A stretch of DNA of 32,000 nt from Nitrosopumilus maritimus SCM1. Its GTDB lineage: Archaea; Thermoproteota; Nitrososphaeria; Nitrososphaerales; Nitrosopumilaceae. The position numbers and the translations under genes are program-made. The stretch lies in NCBI RefSeq assembly GCF_000018465.1, contig NC_010085.1, forward strand, positions 630,001 to 662,000, given 5' to 3'. The notes beneath the pieces were generated by a model. That model saw nothing but the letters and a program-made list of their open reading frames with translations, had not been told where the DNA came from and did no database searches. Every line of letters starts with the position of its first letter. Position 1 is the first letter of the stretch. This document shows positions 7,462-17,495 of this stretch, one piece after another.

Positions 7462-9099
7462 CTATTTTAGCTTCTTTCTTTTTTCTTCAGTTCTTTTCTC
7501 TGATTCAAATCTCTCTAAATCATACTCTTTCATATCTACAAACTTCATAATTTTACTCAAATTTGGATGAACCTTGTTAATTTGTTGGAACATTTGTTGT
7601 GCAACTCTTCTATAGTCTACATGACCTTGAGGAACTGTTCTTAATTCAATTAAATGACATGCTTCTCTTAAATTAAATTTCATAAAGTAAGGATAATTGT
7701 ATGCAAAATTTACTACATATTGTCCTTGCTCTGGATATTTTTTTCTAATTTCATCAAATGTTTCTTTTGTTTTGTTCATACAATCTTTAAAGTCCTTTTC
7801 AATCCCAAGAATCTTTATTTCATTAGGTATGTTGTATCCATGATCTGTTGTAAGTAGTTGTCTTTCTAACGTTAATGCTCTATGTCTGTGAAAATCTCTG
7901 AACATTCCAAAATTATTGTACAAATCAAATGTGTAATAGATATTCTCAAATGCTCGTGATGGTCTGTGCCTTCTATTTGTTCGAAGTTTTGCAAACTCGT
8001 CAATAATTTTTGCTTTATTTTGCATTGACATTTTTTTGACTTGCTGTAAAATGTCTTGATATGATGTACTTGGTGATTGTTCATACATTATACTGGTAAT
8101 TATTTTATCAATTGCAGTTTTCTCTGATTCGTAATCTACTAACTTTGTCCTTGTTCCTTTTTTTGGATTTGATTTAATCTGTTTTGAAGAAATTGTTTTT
8201 GATTTATTTTTTACATCTCTGAGATATTTTTGAAATGCTTTTCCATGTTTGTCATCTGCTCTTCGAACAAACGATTTGATGATTTTATCGAGCTCTTTCT
8301 TGATTTTTGAGGCTAAATCTTGCTCTTCTTTGAGCTCTGATGAGCCTAAAACCGTTAGTAGATATTCAAACGCACGTCCATTGCCTGTAATTCCAACATT
8401 TGTCAAAGTTGATGCAGGTAGCAATCCTCTCAAAATATCTAATGCTTTAGCTTTAGTAGAACCCCTGTAAATCATATTTGCAGATTTTATGTCACTTTCA
8501 TTTTTCAATTTAGAAAATGATTTTTCTTTTCCATCTCTAGAATCTTTAAAATTATATTTTTCAATTGGATATTTTTCTCTAACATAATTTATCATTGGTT
8601 CAATGTTTTTTGAATAAACATCAAATGAAAAATTACATGTATCTTCATACATGTCTGCAAATTTTGATTTCATGATTTCTGGATCTCTATAAAATCTGTA
8701 TTTTCCATTTTCTTTTTTATTCCATGCAACATATCTTGATGATTTTTCTAAATATGATAACCCAATTCTTCTATCTTCGATTTTTTTTACTGCAATGTTT
8801 GACAATCCTTCAATTGCAATTTGAGCTTCTCCAAGTTCTGCAACTGAATCATCTCCATATTCTAAAAGTACTCTGTTGTAAAATTCCTCTCCTCTGTTTT
8901 TGTTATTTAGAAATTCGTCAAGAAAAATTCGTCTCATACTTTTGTCTGTTCTACTGTATCTTGACATCAATGCACCACGATCAACTTGTTGTGGTGTTAT
9001 TATGGCAAACACATTGCCATCAGTATTTGAAAAATGATCTGATAGAATCTTTTTTTCTTTAACTGAAAATTCTGACAATATTGATGTCAGGCTTTTCAA
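7462..9099 (-). CDS. thyX: FAD-dependent thymidylate synthase, long tandem-domain form
   Basis: 545 aa. The C-terminal half carries the ThyX motif ([12 protein letters not shown]) and RRHRPSR. The N-terminal half has the degenerate [11 protein letters not shown] start immediately after an in-frame stop. Confidence 0.85.
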   Translation of the reverse strand: MKSLTSILSEFSVKEKKILSDHFSNTDGNVFAIITPQQVDRGALMSRYSRTDKSMRRIFLDEFLNNKNRGEEFYNRVLLEYGDDSVAELGEAQIAIEGLSNIAVKKIEDRRIGLSYLEKSSRYVAWNKKENGKYRFYRDPEIMKSKFADMYEDTCNFSFDVYSKNIEPMINYVREKYPIEKYNFKDSRDGKEKSFSKLKNESDIKSANMIYRGSTKAKALDILRGLLPASTLTNVGITGNGRAFEYLLTVLGSSELKEEQDLASKIKKELDKIIKSFVRRADDKHGKAFQKYLRDVKNKSKTISSKQIKSNPKKGTRTKLVDYESEKTAIDKIITSIMYEQSPSTSYQDILQQVKKMSMQNKAKIIDEFAKLRTNRRHRPSRAFENIYYTFDLYNNFGMFRDFHRHRALTLERQLLTTDHGYNIPNEIKILGIEKDFKDCMNKTKETFDEIRKKYPEQGQYVVNFAYNYPYFMKFNLREACHLIELRTVPQGHVDYRRVAQQMFQQINKVHPNLSKIMKFVDMKEYDLERFESEKRTEEKRKKLK

Positions 9100-9110
9100 T
9101 TATTAATAGT

Positions 9111-9404
9111 CTATTTCTTTTTTCCAATTTGAATTAGATCGGGGGCCTTGTCTTTGTCACCTTCTTGACCTTTTGCTTGCCATCTAAGTAACACTTCTTT
9201 GAATGCTGCTGCATCAGCTTCATTTTCAGTGTACATCAAAGTGGTGACCCAAAAACCATTATTGGCAGTTTTTCCTCCAACAGAATTCATCCAAAAATCA
9301 CTTGGCAAATTCTCCATGATTTTACTGTCTTTTTCTTTAGCAACTTCTGACCATCTGTTTGATACAAAATTCAAAATTTGTTCAAGTTCTTCTCTTTGAA
9401 TCAT
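9111..9404 (-). CDS. hypothetical protein
   Basis: 97-aa ORF with an ATG start. A palindromic TATA-like aaattttaaaattt lies about 27 nt upstream. Directly upstream of thyX on the same strand. No motif recognised. Confidence 0.6.
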   Translation of the reverse strand: MIQREELEQILNFVSNRWSEVAKEKDSKIMENLPSDFWMNSVGGKTANNGFWVTTLMYTENEADAAAFKEVLLRWQAKGQEGDKDKAPDLIQIGKKK

Positions 9405-9537
9405 GTGCCTACTACTTAGGCTCTAAATTTTAAAATTTCTACAAAATACGGGATTTTGAGTTAGTAAAAATAATCTTACTAAAACTAAAAAGAATTCTTA
9501 CACTTTGCTGGTTATACAAATCTCTAAAGTTACACAC

Positions 9538-10416
9538 ATGACCCAAGACGATATCGAGATAATCGGTAAAAACGTCAAAGACATGTACGGAACATTCATG
9601 GGTAAAGTCGCAGGAACAATAACTGACATTGACGGAAGTATTCAATCCGTTGGCGTTGACTGCGGTTCTCAAGGATTACAGCAAATCCAATATGAGCAAC
9701 TAGTAGTTCAAGGCGATGTAGTTATTTTCATTCCAAAATGGAGACTCGACTCTCAAAGACTCATTCGTGAAAAACAACTAACTCTACGTCGTCTAAAGGC
9801 CTTGATTGATATTGTTTCAGAAAATGATGACATGAAAGAAGATGCAGAAATAATTCATGAAAAATACAAGTCAAAACTTGTATCATTAGATGAGACAGAA
9901 AGTGAAATCAAAGCCAAACTTGAGGCAAGATTGACTGAGCTAGATGAACAAATGAAGTCTGCAAAAATGTTATCATTTGATGCAAAAGTACAATTCAAGA
10001 GCAATGAAATCTCTGAAGAAACATTTGAAACCGTGAAATCATGCACAACTGAGGTAATTGAGCATGTTACTCACGAAGTATCAGAAATTGAAAATGTTAA
10101 GAGTAGAATTGCAGACTTGGGATTGGAAGTACAAGAGATAACAGCCCCTCCTACACCAGACATCCAAGAATCAGCCGTTTCATATCTGGAGACAAATGAA
10201 CCACAACAAGTAGTTCAAACAAGTCTTCCGGAAGCACCAACAGAACCCGTTACAACACCTTCAGAACCAATTGAGGTAAGTGCAGCCCCTATGCCAGAAC
10301 CTCCAACAGAATCTGAAGTAACATTTGCATTTCCAGAACCACCTCAACAGGTGACACCAGAGACTCCAAAAGACGACAACGATAATGATTGGCTTGCTAG
10401 AATGGAAGCACAATAA
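9538..10416 (+). CDS. cdvA: CdvA-like cell-division protein (PRC-barrel-like N-terminus, coiled coil, Pro/Glu/Thr-rich linker, short C-terminal motif)
   Basis: N-terminus IIGKNVKDMYGTFMGKVAGTITDIDGSIQSVGVD looks like a PRC barrel. It is followed by a long heptad-rich helical region, a P/E/T-rich segment and the terminal DNDWLARMEAQ. ATG at 9538 is preferred over the track TTG at 9505 because TATA-like ttatacaaa at about 9510-9518 sits about 26 nt upstream of 9538. Confidence 0.6.
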   Translation: MTQDDIEIIGKNVKDMYGTFMGKVAGTITDIDGSIQSVGVDCGSQGLQQIQYEQLVVQGDVVIFIPKWRLDSQRLIREKQLTLRRLKALIDIVSENDDMKEDAEIIHEKYKSKLVSLDETESEIKAKLEARLTELDEQMKSAKMLSFDAKVQFKSNEISEETFETVKSCTTEVIEHVTHEVSEIENVKSRIADLGLEVQEITAPPTPDIQESAVSYLETNEPQQVVQTSLPEAPTEPVTTPSEPIEVSAAPMPEPPTESEVTFAFPEPPQQVTPETPKDDNDNDWLARMEAQ

Positions 10417-10470
10417 TTTTTTTAATTATTTTTTTAACATTTAGAAGGATCATAGCTCATACACTTTTTG

Positions 10471-12387
10471 ATGTCTGATACCTACAATATTGGGCTTGGA
10501 AATAATGACACTGACACTAGAATAAAGGCTGATTCAGATTTTGTTTCATTTTGGAATGATCAGGCAAAAAACCTAACTTGGTTTTCTCCTTGGAATGAGA
10601 CTTTGGATTGGCAGCCACCCTTTGCAAAATGGTTTGTTGGAGGCACGATTAATGCTTCTCATAATGCATTAGATGTACACCAGGACTCAAAATCTGAAAA
10701 ACCTGCTATCCTATGGGAGGGTGAGAATGGTGACTCTAGAATTCTCACATATGGCCAGATACTCACTGAGGTCCAAAAATTCTCAAATATTCTCAAATCT
10801 CTTGGTGTGGAAAAAGGTGATCGTGTTACTTTGTATCTTCCAATGATTCCTGAATTGCCAATTGCAATGCTTGCGTGTGCTAGAATTGGCGCAACTCATA
10901 CTGTTATCTTTTCAGGATTTAGTGCAACATCAATTAGAGATAGAGTTGATGATTCAAAATCCAAAGTTATAGTTACTGCTGATGGTGGTTATCGTCGTGG
11001 AAAAATTGTAAAACTAAAAGAAGTAGTTGATGAGGCAATTGAAGACTTTGATTTTGTAAAAAATGTTGTTGTTGTAGAGAGAACCAAAAATGAAATTCCA
11101 ATGACTTGTAAAGATAAACTTTGGAATGATTTAATGAATGATGCATCTGATAATTGCCCTGCAGAAAAATTAGACAGTGCACACCCACTTTACATTTTGT
11201 ATACTTCTGGAACAACTGGAAAACCAAAAGGTGTTTTACATGGTACTGGCGGATACTTGACTCATCTTTATTCTACTTTCAAATGGGCATTTGACATTAA
11301 AGATTCTGATGTGTTTTTTTGTACTGCTGATATTGGGTGGGTAACTGGACACAGCTATGTTGTTTATGCACCATTACTACATGGCGCAACTGAAATTATG
11401 TATGAAGGCGCACCTGATTTTCCTGACGCATCAAGGATGTGGGATATTTTACAAAAATACAAAGCCACAATTTTCTACACCACCCCAACTGCTCTTAGAA
11501 TGTTTATGAAGTTTGGAGACGACATTCCAAATTCCTTTGATCTTTCTACATTACGATTGCTTGGAACAGTTGGCGAACCAATCAATCCTGAAGTTTGGAG
11601 ATGGTATTTCAAAACCATTGGTAAAGAAAAATGTCCAATCATTGATACTTGGTGGCAAACTGAAACGGGAGGAATGTTGATTTCCCCACTTCCTGGCCTT
11701 GAAACAATTCCTCTCAAACCTGGCTCTGGAACTCTTCCAATACCTGGTGTGAATATCACTGTTGTAGATGAAAATGGCAAAGATGTTGAGCCTAATACCA
11801 AGGGATATCTTGTTGTCAAGAACCCTTGGCCTGGAATGCTTTTGACATTGTGGGGTGATGATGAAAAATACAAGACAGTATACTGGTCAAAATACGAAAA
11901 TTGCTACTATCCTGGTGATTACGCACTAAAGGATGCAGATGGATATCTTTGGTTACTTGGACGTGCTGATGATGTTCTAAAAGTTGCAGGTCATAGAATT
12001 GGAACTGCAGAACTTGAAAGTTGCATTGTCTCGCATGATGATGTTGCTGAGTCTGCTGCATGTGGTATTCCTGATGAAGTAAAAGGTGAAGTAATTATTG
12101 CATTTGTTGTACTAAAAGAAGGCATTAACACTGAAACCAAAGTTTTAGAAAAAGAACTTGTTGAAAAAATAAGAACCGATATTGGTGCTATTGCTACTCC
12201 AAAACAAATCTACTTTGTATCTAAATTGCCAAAGACAAGAAGTGGAAAGATTATGCGTCGATTACTAAAAGCAATTGGAAATAATGAAAAGATTGGTGAT
12301 GTTAGTACTCTGGAAGATGGCGCTGCTGTTATTGAAGTTCAAACTGCTTTTGATGAGATTCAAAAATCAATCAAAGAATCAAACTAG
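10471..12387 (+). CDS. acs: acetyl-CoA synthetase family (AMP-forming acyl-CoA synthetase)
   Basis: About 638 aa. AMP-binding signature [12 protein letters not shown], then WWQTETGG and SGKIMRRLL. The track start is TTG at 10468. The adjacent ATG at 10471 is preferred. Confidence 0.9.
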   Translation: MSDTYNIGLGNNDTDTRIKADSDFVSFWNDQAKNLTWFSPWNETLDWQPPFAKWFVGGTINASHNALDVHQDSKSEKPAILWEGENGDSRILTYGQILTEVQKFSNILKSLGVEKGDRVTLYLPMIPELPIAMLACARIGATHTVIFSGFSATSIRDRVDDSKSKVIVTADGGYRRGKIVKLKEVVDEAIEDFDFVKNVVVVERTKNEIPMTCKDKLWNDLMNDASDNCPAEKLDSAHPLYILYTSGTTGKPKGVLHGTGGYLTHLYSTFKWAFDIKDSDVFFCTADIGWVTGHSYVVYAPLLHGATEIMYEGAPDFPDASRMWDILQKYKATIFYTTPTALRMFMKFGDDIPNSFDLSTLRLLGTVGEPINPEVWRWYFKTIGKEKCPIIDTWWQTETGGMLISPLPGLETIPLKPGSGTLPIPGVNITVVDENGKDVEPNTKGYLVVKNPWPGMLLTLWGDDEKYKTVYWSKYENCYYPGDYALKDADGYLWLLGRADDVLKVAGHRIGTAELESCIVSHDDVAESAACGIPDEVKGEVIIAFVVLKEGINTETKVLEKELVEKIRTDIGAIATPKQIYFVSKLPKTRSGKIMRRLLKAIGNNEKIGDVSTLEDGAAVIEVQTAFDEIQKSIKESN

Positions 12388-12908
12388 ATTTTTTTCAAGT
12401 CAATTGTAGACAACATTTCAAACATGTCCTTGAGTCCATCGTACTCTGATTTTGATTCTTCGTCTAACTCGTTGTATTCTTTATCTTTAATCTCATCTAA
12501 TCTGCTATTTGCATCTTTGAAAAATTGTTCATATTCTTTTATTTTGTCATCATTCATTTGAGTCAAATCAAAAATTACAGTATTACTTCCAAGAAGATTT
12601 TTGTTTTCATCATATAGACTGGTTGCATGCAATACCCCTGGAAATGTGCTGCCATCTTGTCTTTTGAAGATAATTTTTCTATCTGTTACTTTTCCAGTCT
12701 CAAACCATGTTTTGAGTGAATTATTCATGTCTTGCCACTCTTCTTTAGGCACGTGTTCAAAGATTGTCTTTCCTAAAATCTCGGATTTTGAGTATCCTAG
12801 ATTTACTGCATATGTTGAATTACAATCAAGTATTGCTCCAATCGAGTTGATTCTTCTCCACATTACTGGTGCATCTTTGAGCGTTTTTCGTGCTTCTGTT
12901 TGTGGCAT
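12384..12908 (-). CDS. stand-alone PAS-domain protein with C-terminal acidic helical tail
   Basis: 174 aa. A PAS-like core runs from [38 protein letters not shown] to [25 protein letters not shown]. No kinase or output domain. Confidence 0.75.
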   Translation of the reverse strand: MPQTEARKTLKDAPVMWRRINSIGAILDCNSTYAVNLGYSKSEILGKTIFEHVPKEEWQDMNNSLKTWFETGKVTDRKIIFKRQDGSTFPGVLHATSLYDENKNLLGSNTVIFDLTQMNDDKIKEYEQFFKDANSRLDEIKDKEYNELDEESKSEYDGLKDMFEMLSTIDLKKI

Positions 12909-12949
12909 TTTTTAAAATTGTAAACACTAGTTATTAAATTGAAATATTT

Positions 12950-13972
12950 TCAAAACCACTGATCCAAGTTTTGGCTTTTCTTTTCTAATGCCTTTTTCAA
13001 TCGATTCAATGTTGAATTTACTCTGTCTTCAGAAAAACTTCTTTCTCTTACAAGATAATTGCTCATTCCTTCATAGTTGACATTCTCAAAAACAATTTCT
13101 TTTACATCTGCAACTTCTGGATTCAAAAATATTTTTCTAATTTCTTGATAATCTATTTCTTCTAACTGCTCTTGAATTTGTGGAATCTCTTCCAACTTTG
13201 AATGTTGTTTGATCATTTTTAGTGCGGTTTTTGGACCTACTCTTTCAAATCCATTTGGATTAAAGTCTGTCCCAATTAAAATTCCAACATCAATTAATTC
13301 TTCACGTGTTAATTCTAGTGAGTCTAATGTTTTTTGTGTTTCAATAATCTCTGGAACAATATCGATGTATGTGTTCTTGTTTGGGATTTTCCTTCTACCG
13401 CTATTTGTAAAATTTCTCACCAATCTTTTTGCTCCACACAAAATTGAGTCAAAGTCTTGACTTGCTGAAGCATATGCTTGACCTGTGTTTGTGAGATGGG
13501 CTGCAGTTGCTTCCCCCTCTGATGGTGCTTCAATGTATGGTATGCCAAAATATGTCAAAAGTTGCTTTGATTCTTTTACCATCCCATCTTTCATACTTGT
13601 TGTCTGTTGAGCATATTTTCTAGCATCTTCCATATTTCCATCTGCAATTGCTTTTTCATATTTTATGGTTGCATCCATTTTGATTTGTTTTCTACGCTCA
13701 ATTTCTGCTGTTTTTAGAGATGGTGGTTTTCCATCAAATACGTAAACTGGTTTTATTCCTAGAGATAGAAAATTTACATTTCTGTACAGTAACCCACTGA
13801 GATGACTAGTAATTCTGCCTTCTGAATCTGATAATTGTAACCCGTCTGGACCTCTTATACTTGCTAAAAATTGGTAGATAGCATTGTATGCATCAATCGC
13901 AATTACTTTGTTTGAAAATGCCTCTAGTGTGGTTTTTTCTCTGACAACTAAATCTTTTAGATTTAATCCCAT
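12950..13972 (-). CDS. fen: flap endonuclease 1
   Basis: 340 aa. MGLNLKDLV...[14 protein letters not shown]-domain, I-domain with EGEA, and a C-terminal PIP-like QNLDQWF. Confidence 0.93.
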   Translation of the reverse strand: MGLNLKDLVVREKTTLEAFSNKVIAIDAYNAIYQFLASIRGPDGLQLSDSEGRITSHLSGLLYRNVNFLSLGIKPVYVFDGKPPSLKTAEIERRKQIKMDATIKYEKAIADGNMEDARKYAQQTTSMKDGMVKESKQLLTYFGIPYIEAPSEGEATAAHLTNTGQAYASASQDFDSILCGAKRLVRNFTNSGRRKIPNKNTYIDIVPEIIETQKTLDSLELTREELIDVGILIGTDFNPNGFERVGPKTALKMIKQHSKLEEIPQIQEQLEEIDYQEIRKIFLNPEVADVKEIVFENVNYEGMSNYLVRERSFSEDRVNSTLNRLKKALEKKSQNLDQWF

Positions 13973-14011
13973 GAGTTACTGTTATTCTCTAATGGTATTT
14001 TGATGTTAAGA

Positions 14012-14812
14012 TTAGTTTTCTGGTATTATTTCACAGGATAACTGTAAGACGTCTTTATTTTGAGATGTTTGATCAGTAAAATTACAATCAATGCTCTTAA
14101 ACTCTGCTAATTTTTCAACATCATCTTTTGAAATGTCTCCATTATGATATCCTTTGAGAACTTTAGTGAGATATTTCTTAAGTATTGTATTTTCTAGATC
14201 TTTTTCCATGACTCCTATGTCATATCCTGTCCTGATCTTTTTTTCATGCAAAATTCCTCCTAAACCTATTTCTTCATTTGACTCCATCACGACAGTGTTT
14301 ATTTTTGGTTGTTCTTGACTTGACATTATTACATCAAATGGTGTTTGTTTTGCTAACATGCCGTATTCTGTACTAATACGCATCATATACTGTCCTGTTT
14401 TTTCATTATTGTTCAAAAAGTCACTTTTATCAAAATATTGAGTAAACTCTGCTTCGTATACATCATTTCCTCTATCTCTAAGTTGTAGTTCTGATTTGTT
14501 GACTTTGTCACCTGTTGGTGAAAATATCTCCAAATACACTAATCCCATTTGTGGTTGAAAACCCTCATACACCACATTTCCTCTAATGAATCCATTTGAT
14601 GTATCTAGATCAATTGATTTACTCTCTAACAAAATTTTGATACTTTCTTTAGCATCCGTAATACCTCCAAATCCAATTACCTCGATATTTTGTGCTTGTT
14701 TTTGAGGCATATCTGTAGGTGCAGTCCCTGCTATTGCGAATCCGACAGAAACTATTGTAATTGCAATTGCAGCTATGATCCCAATTGTATCTTGTTTTTT
14801 CAAATTACTCAT
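14012..14812 (-). CDS. membrane-anchored extracytoplasmic hypothetical protein
   Basis: One N-terminal TM segment (IGIIAAIAITIVSVGFAIAG) followed by a soluble domain of about 230 aa. The ATG at 14812 gives an 8-nt overlap (ATGAGTAA) with the upstream TrmB-like gene. The track start at 14848 would overlap by 44 nt. Confidence 0.6.
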   Translation of the reverse strand: MSNLKKQDTIGIIAAIAITIVSVGFAIAGTAPTDMPQKQAQNIEVIGFGGITDAKESIKILLESKSIDLDTSNGFIRGNVVYEGFQPQMGLVYLEIFSPTGDKVNKSELQLRDRGNDVYEAEFTQYFDKSDFLNNNEKTGQYMMRISTEYGMLAKQTPFDVIMSSQEQPKINTVVMESNEEIGLGGILHEKKIRTGYDIGVMEKDLENTILKKYLTKVLKGYHNGDISKDDVEKLAEFKSIDCNFTDQTSQNKDVLQLSCEIIPEN

Positions 14813-15656
14813 TTTTGAACTCCATTGATTTTTTCCACAACTCTTCAAAAAGTAATTTTTTTGAATAATTCATGGCACTTGAATTTGTCCACATAGCTGT
14901 TGATTCTTTTTTTGAATTGTTTTTCAAATAAAACAAGACTTCATTATCTTTTACGATGAAACATAGATTATTAGCAATTTGTTCTGGTAAAACTTTGATG
15001 TTGTCATTGTTTAGATTTTCATATACATAGTTTGTTTTTGTAGATGTTGTAAGTATCTTGAATTTTTTTAACTCATTAACGTTATCTAAGATATTTGTAT
15101 GATAAAAATTAGCAAAGTCTTTTTCATTACCAATCATTAATACTTCTTCTTGTGTATTCATCATTTCATTAATTTTTGAATTAATTTGATTTTCGCCTTG
15201 AAGCATTTGGAATTTCTCTTCTACCTTTTCTTCATTAGTTCTAATTGGAATTGTTTCCCAAAGTTTAATCAAAGATGTTTTTTGATTCTCTAACTTTTTG
15301 ATTTTTTGTTTCTCAGAGTTAATTATTTGTGTCATTGCATTTGTAATCTCTATTGCCGTAAATTTTACAGGATGTCCGAACATTGCAGACACAATTCCCT
15401 TGTTTTGTAATGTGGATAAAATATGATATGTTTCTGTTCTAGGAATTTTTAGTGCCTGATTAATCTCTGATGCTGTTTTGGTACCATATTTTCCTAGGAA
15501 CATGTAGACTTTAGATTGATTTGCAGAAAGTCCAAATTTCTCTAATTCTATTTGGATCTTTTCAAAGGATTTTTCAATATTATCTAATGATAAATCCTGA
15601 TTTTCTTCTACTATTACACTCTTCATGCCTGTGACCATATTCCCATTTCTGGGCAT
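14805..15656 (-). CDS. TrmB-like winged-helix transcriptional regulator
   Basis: 283 aa. The HTH region LSANQSKVYMFLGKYGTKTASEINQALKIPRTETYHILSTLQNKGIV resembles the TrmB family N-terminal domain. GGAGGA lies about 14 nt upstream of the ATG. Confidence 0.7.
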   Translation of the reverse strand: MPRNGNMVTGMKSVIVEENQDLSLDNIEKSFEKIQIELEKFGLSANQSKVYMFLGKYGTKTASEINQALKIPRTETYHILSTLQNKGIVSAMFGHPVKFTAIEITNAMTQIINSEKQKIKKLENQKTSLIKLWETIPIRTNEEKVEEKFQMLQGENQINSKINEMMNTQEEVLMIGNEKDFANFYHTNILDNVNELKKFKILTTSTKTNYVYENLNNDNIKVLPEQIANNLCFIVKDNEVLFYLKNNSKKESTAMWTNSSAMNYSKKLLFEELWKKSMEFKNE

Positions 15657-15659
15657 TAC

Positions 15660-15763
15660 TTTGATTTATCCTCCATATGTGAATATTTTTTGATAAATTT
15701 GATCGCTATTGACATTATTTTGATAAATTACTAAATCCCTAGGCTCATACTTTGATATTTGAT
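15660..15763 (+). promoter_or_regulatory. divergent control region with six same-orientation TTTGAT motifs, including a perfect 12-mer direct repeat
   Basis: TTTGAT begins at 15660, 15689, 15698, 15719, 15751 and 15758. TTTTGATAAATT occurs at 15688-15699 and again at 15718-15729, exactly 30 bp apart. The region lies between the TrmB-like gene (minus) and the metzincin operon (plus). Confidence 0.35.
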
Positions 15764-15837
15764 TCAATTATGCTTCTTTTTGTCTGTTCTAAAAATTACA
15801 TACAACTGCTCTTAATTGATATGACATTACGAATTCC

Positions 15838-16848
15838 ATGGTTGCAAACACCTTTGCAAAAAAGGACTATATCAATGCCCTAGATGAAATTGAAAATCAA
15901 CAATTTCAATTACTTCAAAGAAAAGCCAAATTTTTACAAAATGAATTAACAAAAACTAGTTCACAAATTAATGACTTTGAAATTGATTCATTAAATGATT
16001 TAACACATGATTCTAGTTTTAAAAATAATAAAAAACATAATCAAAATTCTTTAAAACTTAATTTTGATACAAAAATAATTTCAATTAAACATCTCGTGCT
16101 TTTTGCATCATTCGTGTTTTTTTCAATTATGACTCCATTTTTGATTAATACATATTTTCTACACGATGATATTGTAGCTGATGCTGTTGTTCTTGAGTCT
16201 CCTATGAAAACAAAATTTTTAATTGAAAATTTACGTGGTGACACAATTGATACTGTAAAGTCTTGGAGAATATTAGATGGTGATGCATTAAATGTTAATC
16301 TAATTAATGGAGATATTTTAACATCTGAACAACACAATGCTGTATTAAAAGTCATTAATTCTACAGACTCTATACTAATAGACGATCATATTATTAATCG
16401 AGGTCCACCAGGCTCTGAATCTATATATTTTCTAGGTTGGGCTGGTGCAATGGAAGAAGCTGCAAAAACTGATACTGCCTACACAGTCCCTACAACTTTC
16501 AATATCTTTCAATCTGAAAATGGTGAAGGTCAAATCATAATTAATTTTTCAAATTTGATTGATACTGATGGTTTTACAGGATACACCAAATCTGTCATAC
16601 AAGATGGTGAAATATTAAAATCATATATCACAATTTATGATGTTGATAACTTGGATGCATCTGAATTAGCAACAATTGTACGACATGAATTTGGACATGC
16701 TTTGGGACTAGGTCATTCTACCGATCCAGAAGACCTAATGGCTCCTACAATACTGACTGAATTTCCTTATATTTCAGAATGCAATGTAGATGCTATGCGG
16801 GTATTGTATAATGGGCACGAATCAGGAATGGCAGTGTGTAAAAAATGA
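15838..16848 (+). CDS. membrane-anchored matrixin-like (M10, metzincin) zinc metalloprotease
   Basis: 336 aa. HEFGHALGLGHSTDPEDLMAP is HExxHxxGxxH with a downstream Met-turn candidate. One TM segment at about residues 85-107, preceded by a coiled-coil-like cytoplasmic N-terminus. Confidence 0.8.
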   Translation: MVANTFAKKDYINALDEIENQQFQLLQRKAKFLQNELTKTSSQINDFEIDSLNDLTHDSSFKNNKKHNQNSLKLNFDTKIISIKHLVLFASFVFFSIMTPFLINTYFLHDDIVADAVVLESPMKTKFLIENLRGDTIDTVKSWRILDGDALNVNLINGDILTSEQHNAVLKVINSTDSILIDDHIINRGPPGSESIYFLGWAGAMEEAAKTDTAYTVPTTFNIFQSENGEGQIIINFSNLIDTDGFTGYTKSVIQDGEILKSYITIYDVDNLDASELATIVRHEFGHALGLGHSTDPEDLMAPTILTEFPYISECNVDAMRVLYNGHESGMAVCKK

Positions 16849-17495
16849 GCATTCGTGCATTGGTTATAGATGATGAAAAAGAAACACTTGATCTATTTTC
16901 TGAACTTTTGACTACTCACAATATCCAGGTTGTTGGTAAGGGACATAATGGTCAAGAGGCACTATTTTTGTTTCAAAAATTAAAACCCGATGTTGTATAT
17001 CTTGATGTCTCAATGCCTGTTTATGATGGATTGTATGCTTTGGAAAAAATTCGAGAAATTAATCCAAATGCAATAGTTTTCTTAATTGTTGAGAAAATGT
17101 CCTTAAAATCTGAAATGAAAATGAATCGATTGAATCCTTCTTTTGTATTTCGAGAACCTCTTGATGTTGATGAAATAATTCAAAATACTCATCGTTTTTG
17201 TTTGCCTCCAAAAGATGAATTAGAAAACATGCAAAAAACAATGATTACTTTGGCATTAAAAAATACATTACTTGAATTAGGTCATGATGAACTTGACAAA
17301 GTAATGTCAATCCTGAAAAAAGACTATAATTTAACATTAGATGACTGTTATGATAATCCAGAAGATCTAAAACATGTTTTACAAGATTTGTTTGGTGAAT
17401 CGTATGATGACATCCTCCAATCCTTAAGATCTAACATGAAAGAAATTTCATCACACCATTCAACTAAAACCTTTATTTCAAATTTGCATGAATGA
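16845..17495 (+). CDS. response-regulator receiver (REC) domain protein with lineage-specific C-terminal domain
   Basis: 216 aa. ALVIDDE acidic pair and VVYLDVSMPVYDG phospho-acceptor Asp context. The C-terminal 100 aa are helical with no recognisable DNA-binding motif. ATGA overlap with the upstream protease gene. Confidence 0.8.
   Translation: MSIRALVIDDEKETLDLFSELLTTHNIQVVGKGHNGQEALFLFQKLKPDVVYLDVSMPVYDGLYALEKIREINPNAIVFLIVEKMSLKSEMKMNRLNPSFVFREPLDVDEIIQNTHRFCLPPKDELENMQKTMITLALKNTLLELGHDELDKVMSILKKDYNLTLDDCYDNPEDLKHVLQDLFGESYDDILQSLRSNMKEISSHHSTKTFISNLHE

Noticed and set aside
2330-9062. Track ORFs 2330..2557, 3235..3447, 4784..5098, 5515..5748, 5940..6311, 6753..7064, 7061..7348, 7872..8084, 8249..8470 and 8724..9062
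   Set aside because: All lie fully or largely antisense within confidently identified genes (nnrD, M20 peptidase, psmB, PUA, hom, msrB, thyX). They show shadow-frame composition.
9505-9537. TTG at 9505 as the CdvA start (track coordinates 9505..10416)
   Set aside because: The TATA-like ttatacaaa at about 9510-9518 lies downstream of this TTG and about 26 nt upstream of the ATG at 9538. The extra 11 residues (LVIQISKVTH) look like translated promoter sequence.
9199-13460. Track ORFs 9199..9399, 9439..9672, 9855..10046, 10973..11227, 11475..11873, 11816..12061, 12601..12915 and 13209..13460
   Set aside because: They are antisense to the 97-aa gene, cdvA, acs, the PAS gene or fen. The 132-aa ORF opposite acs is long only because that part of acs is relatively GC-rich.
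16041-17241. Track ORFs 16041..16355 (-) and 17059..17241 (-)
   Set aside because: They are antisense within the metzincin and REC genes and carry no motifs.
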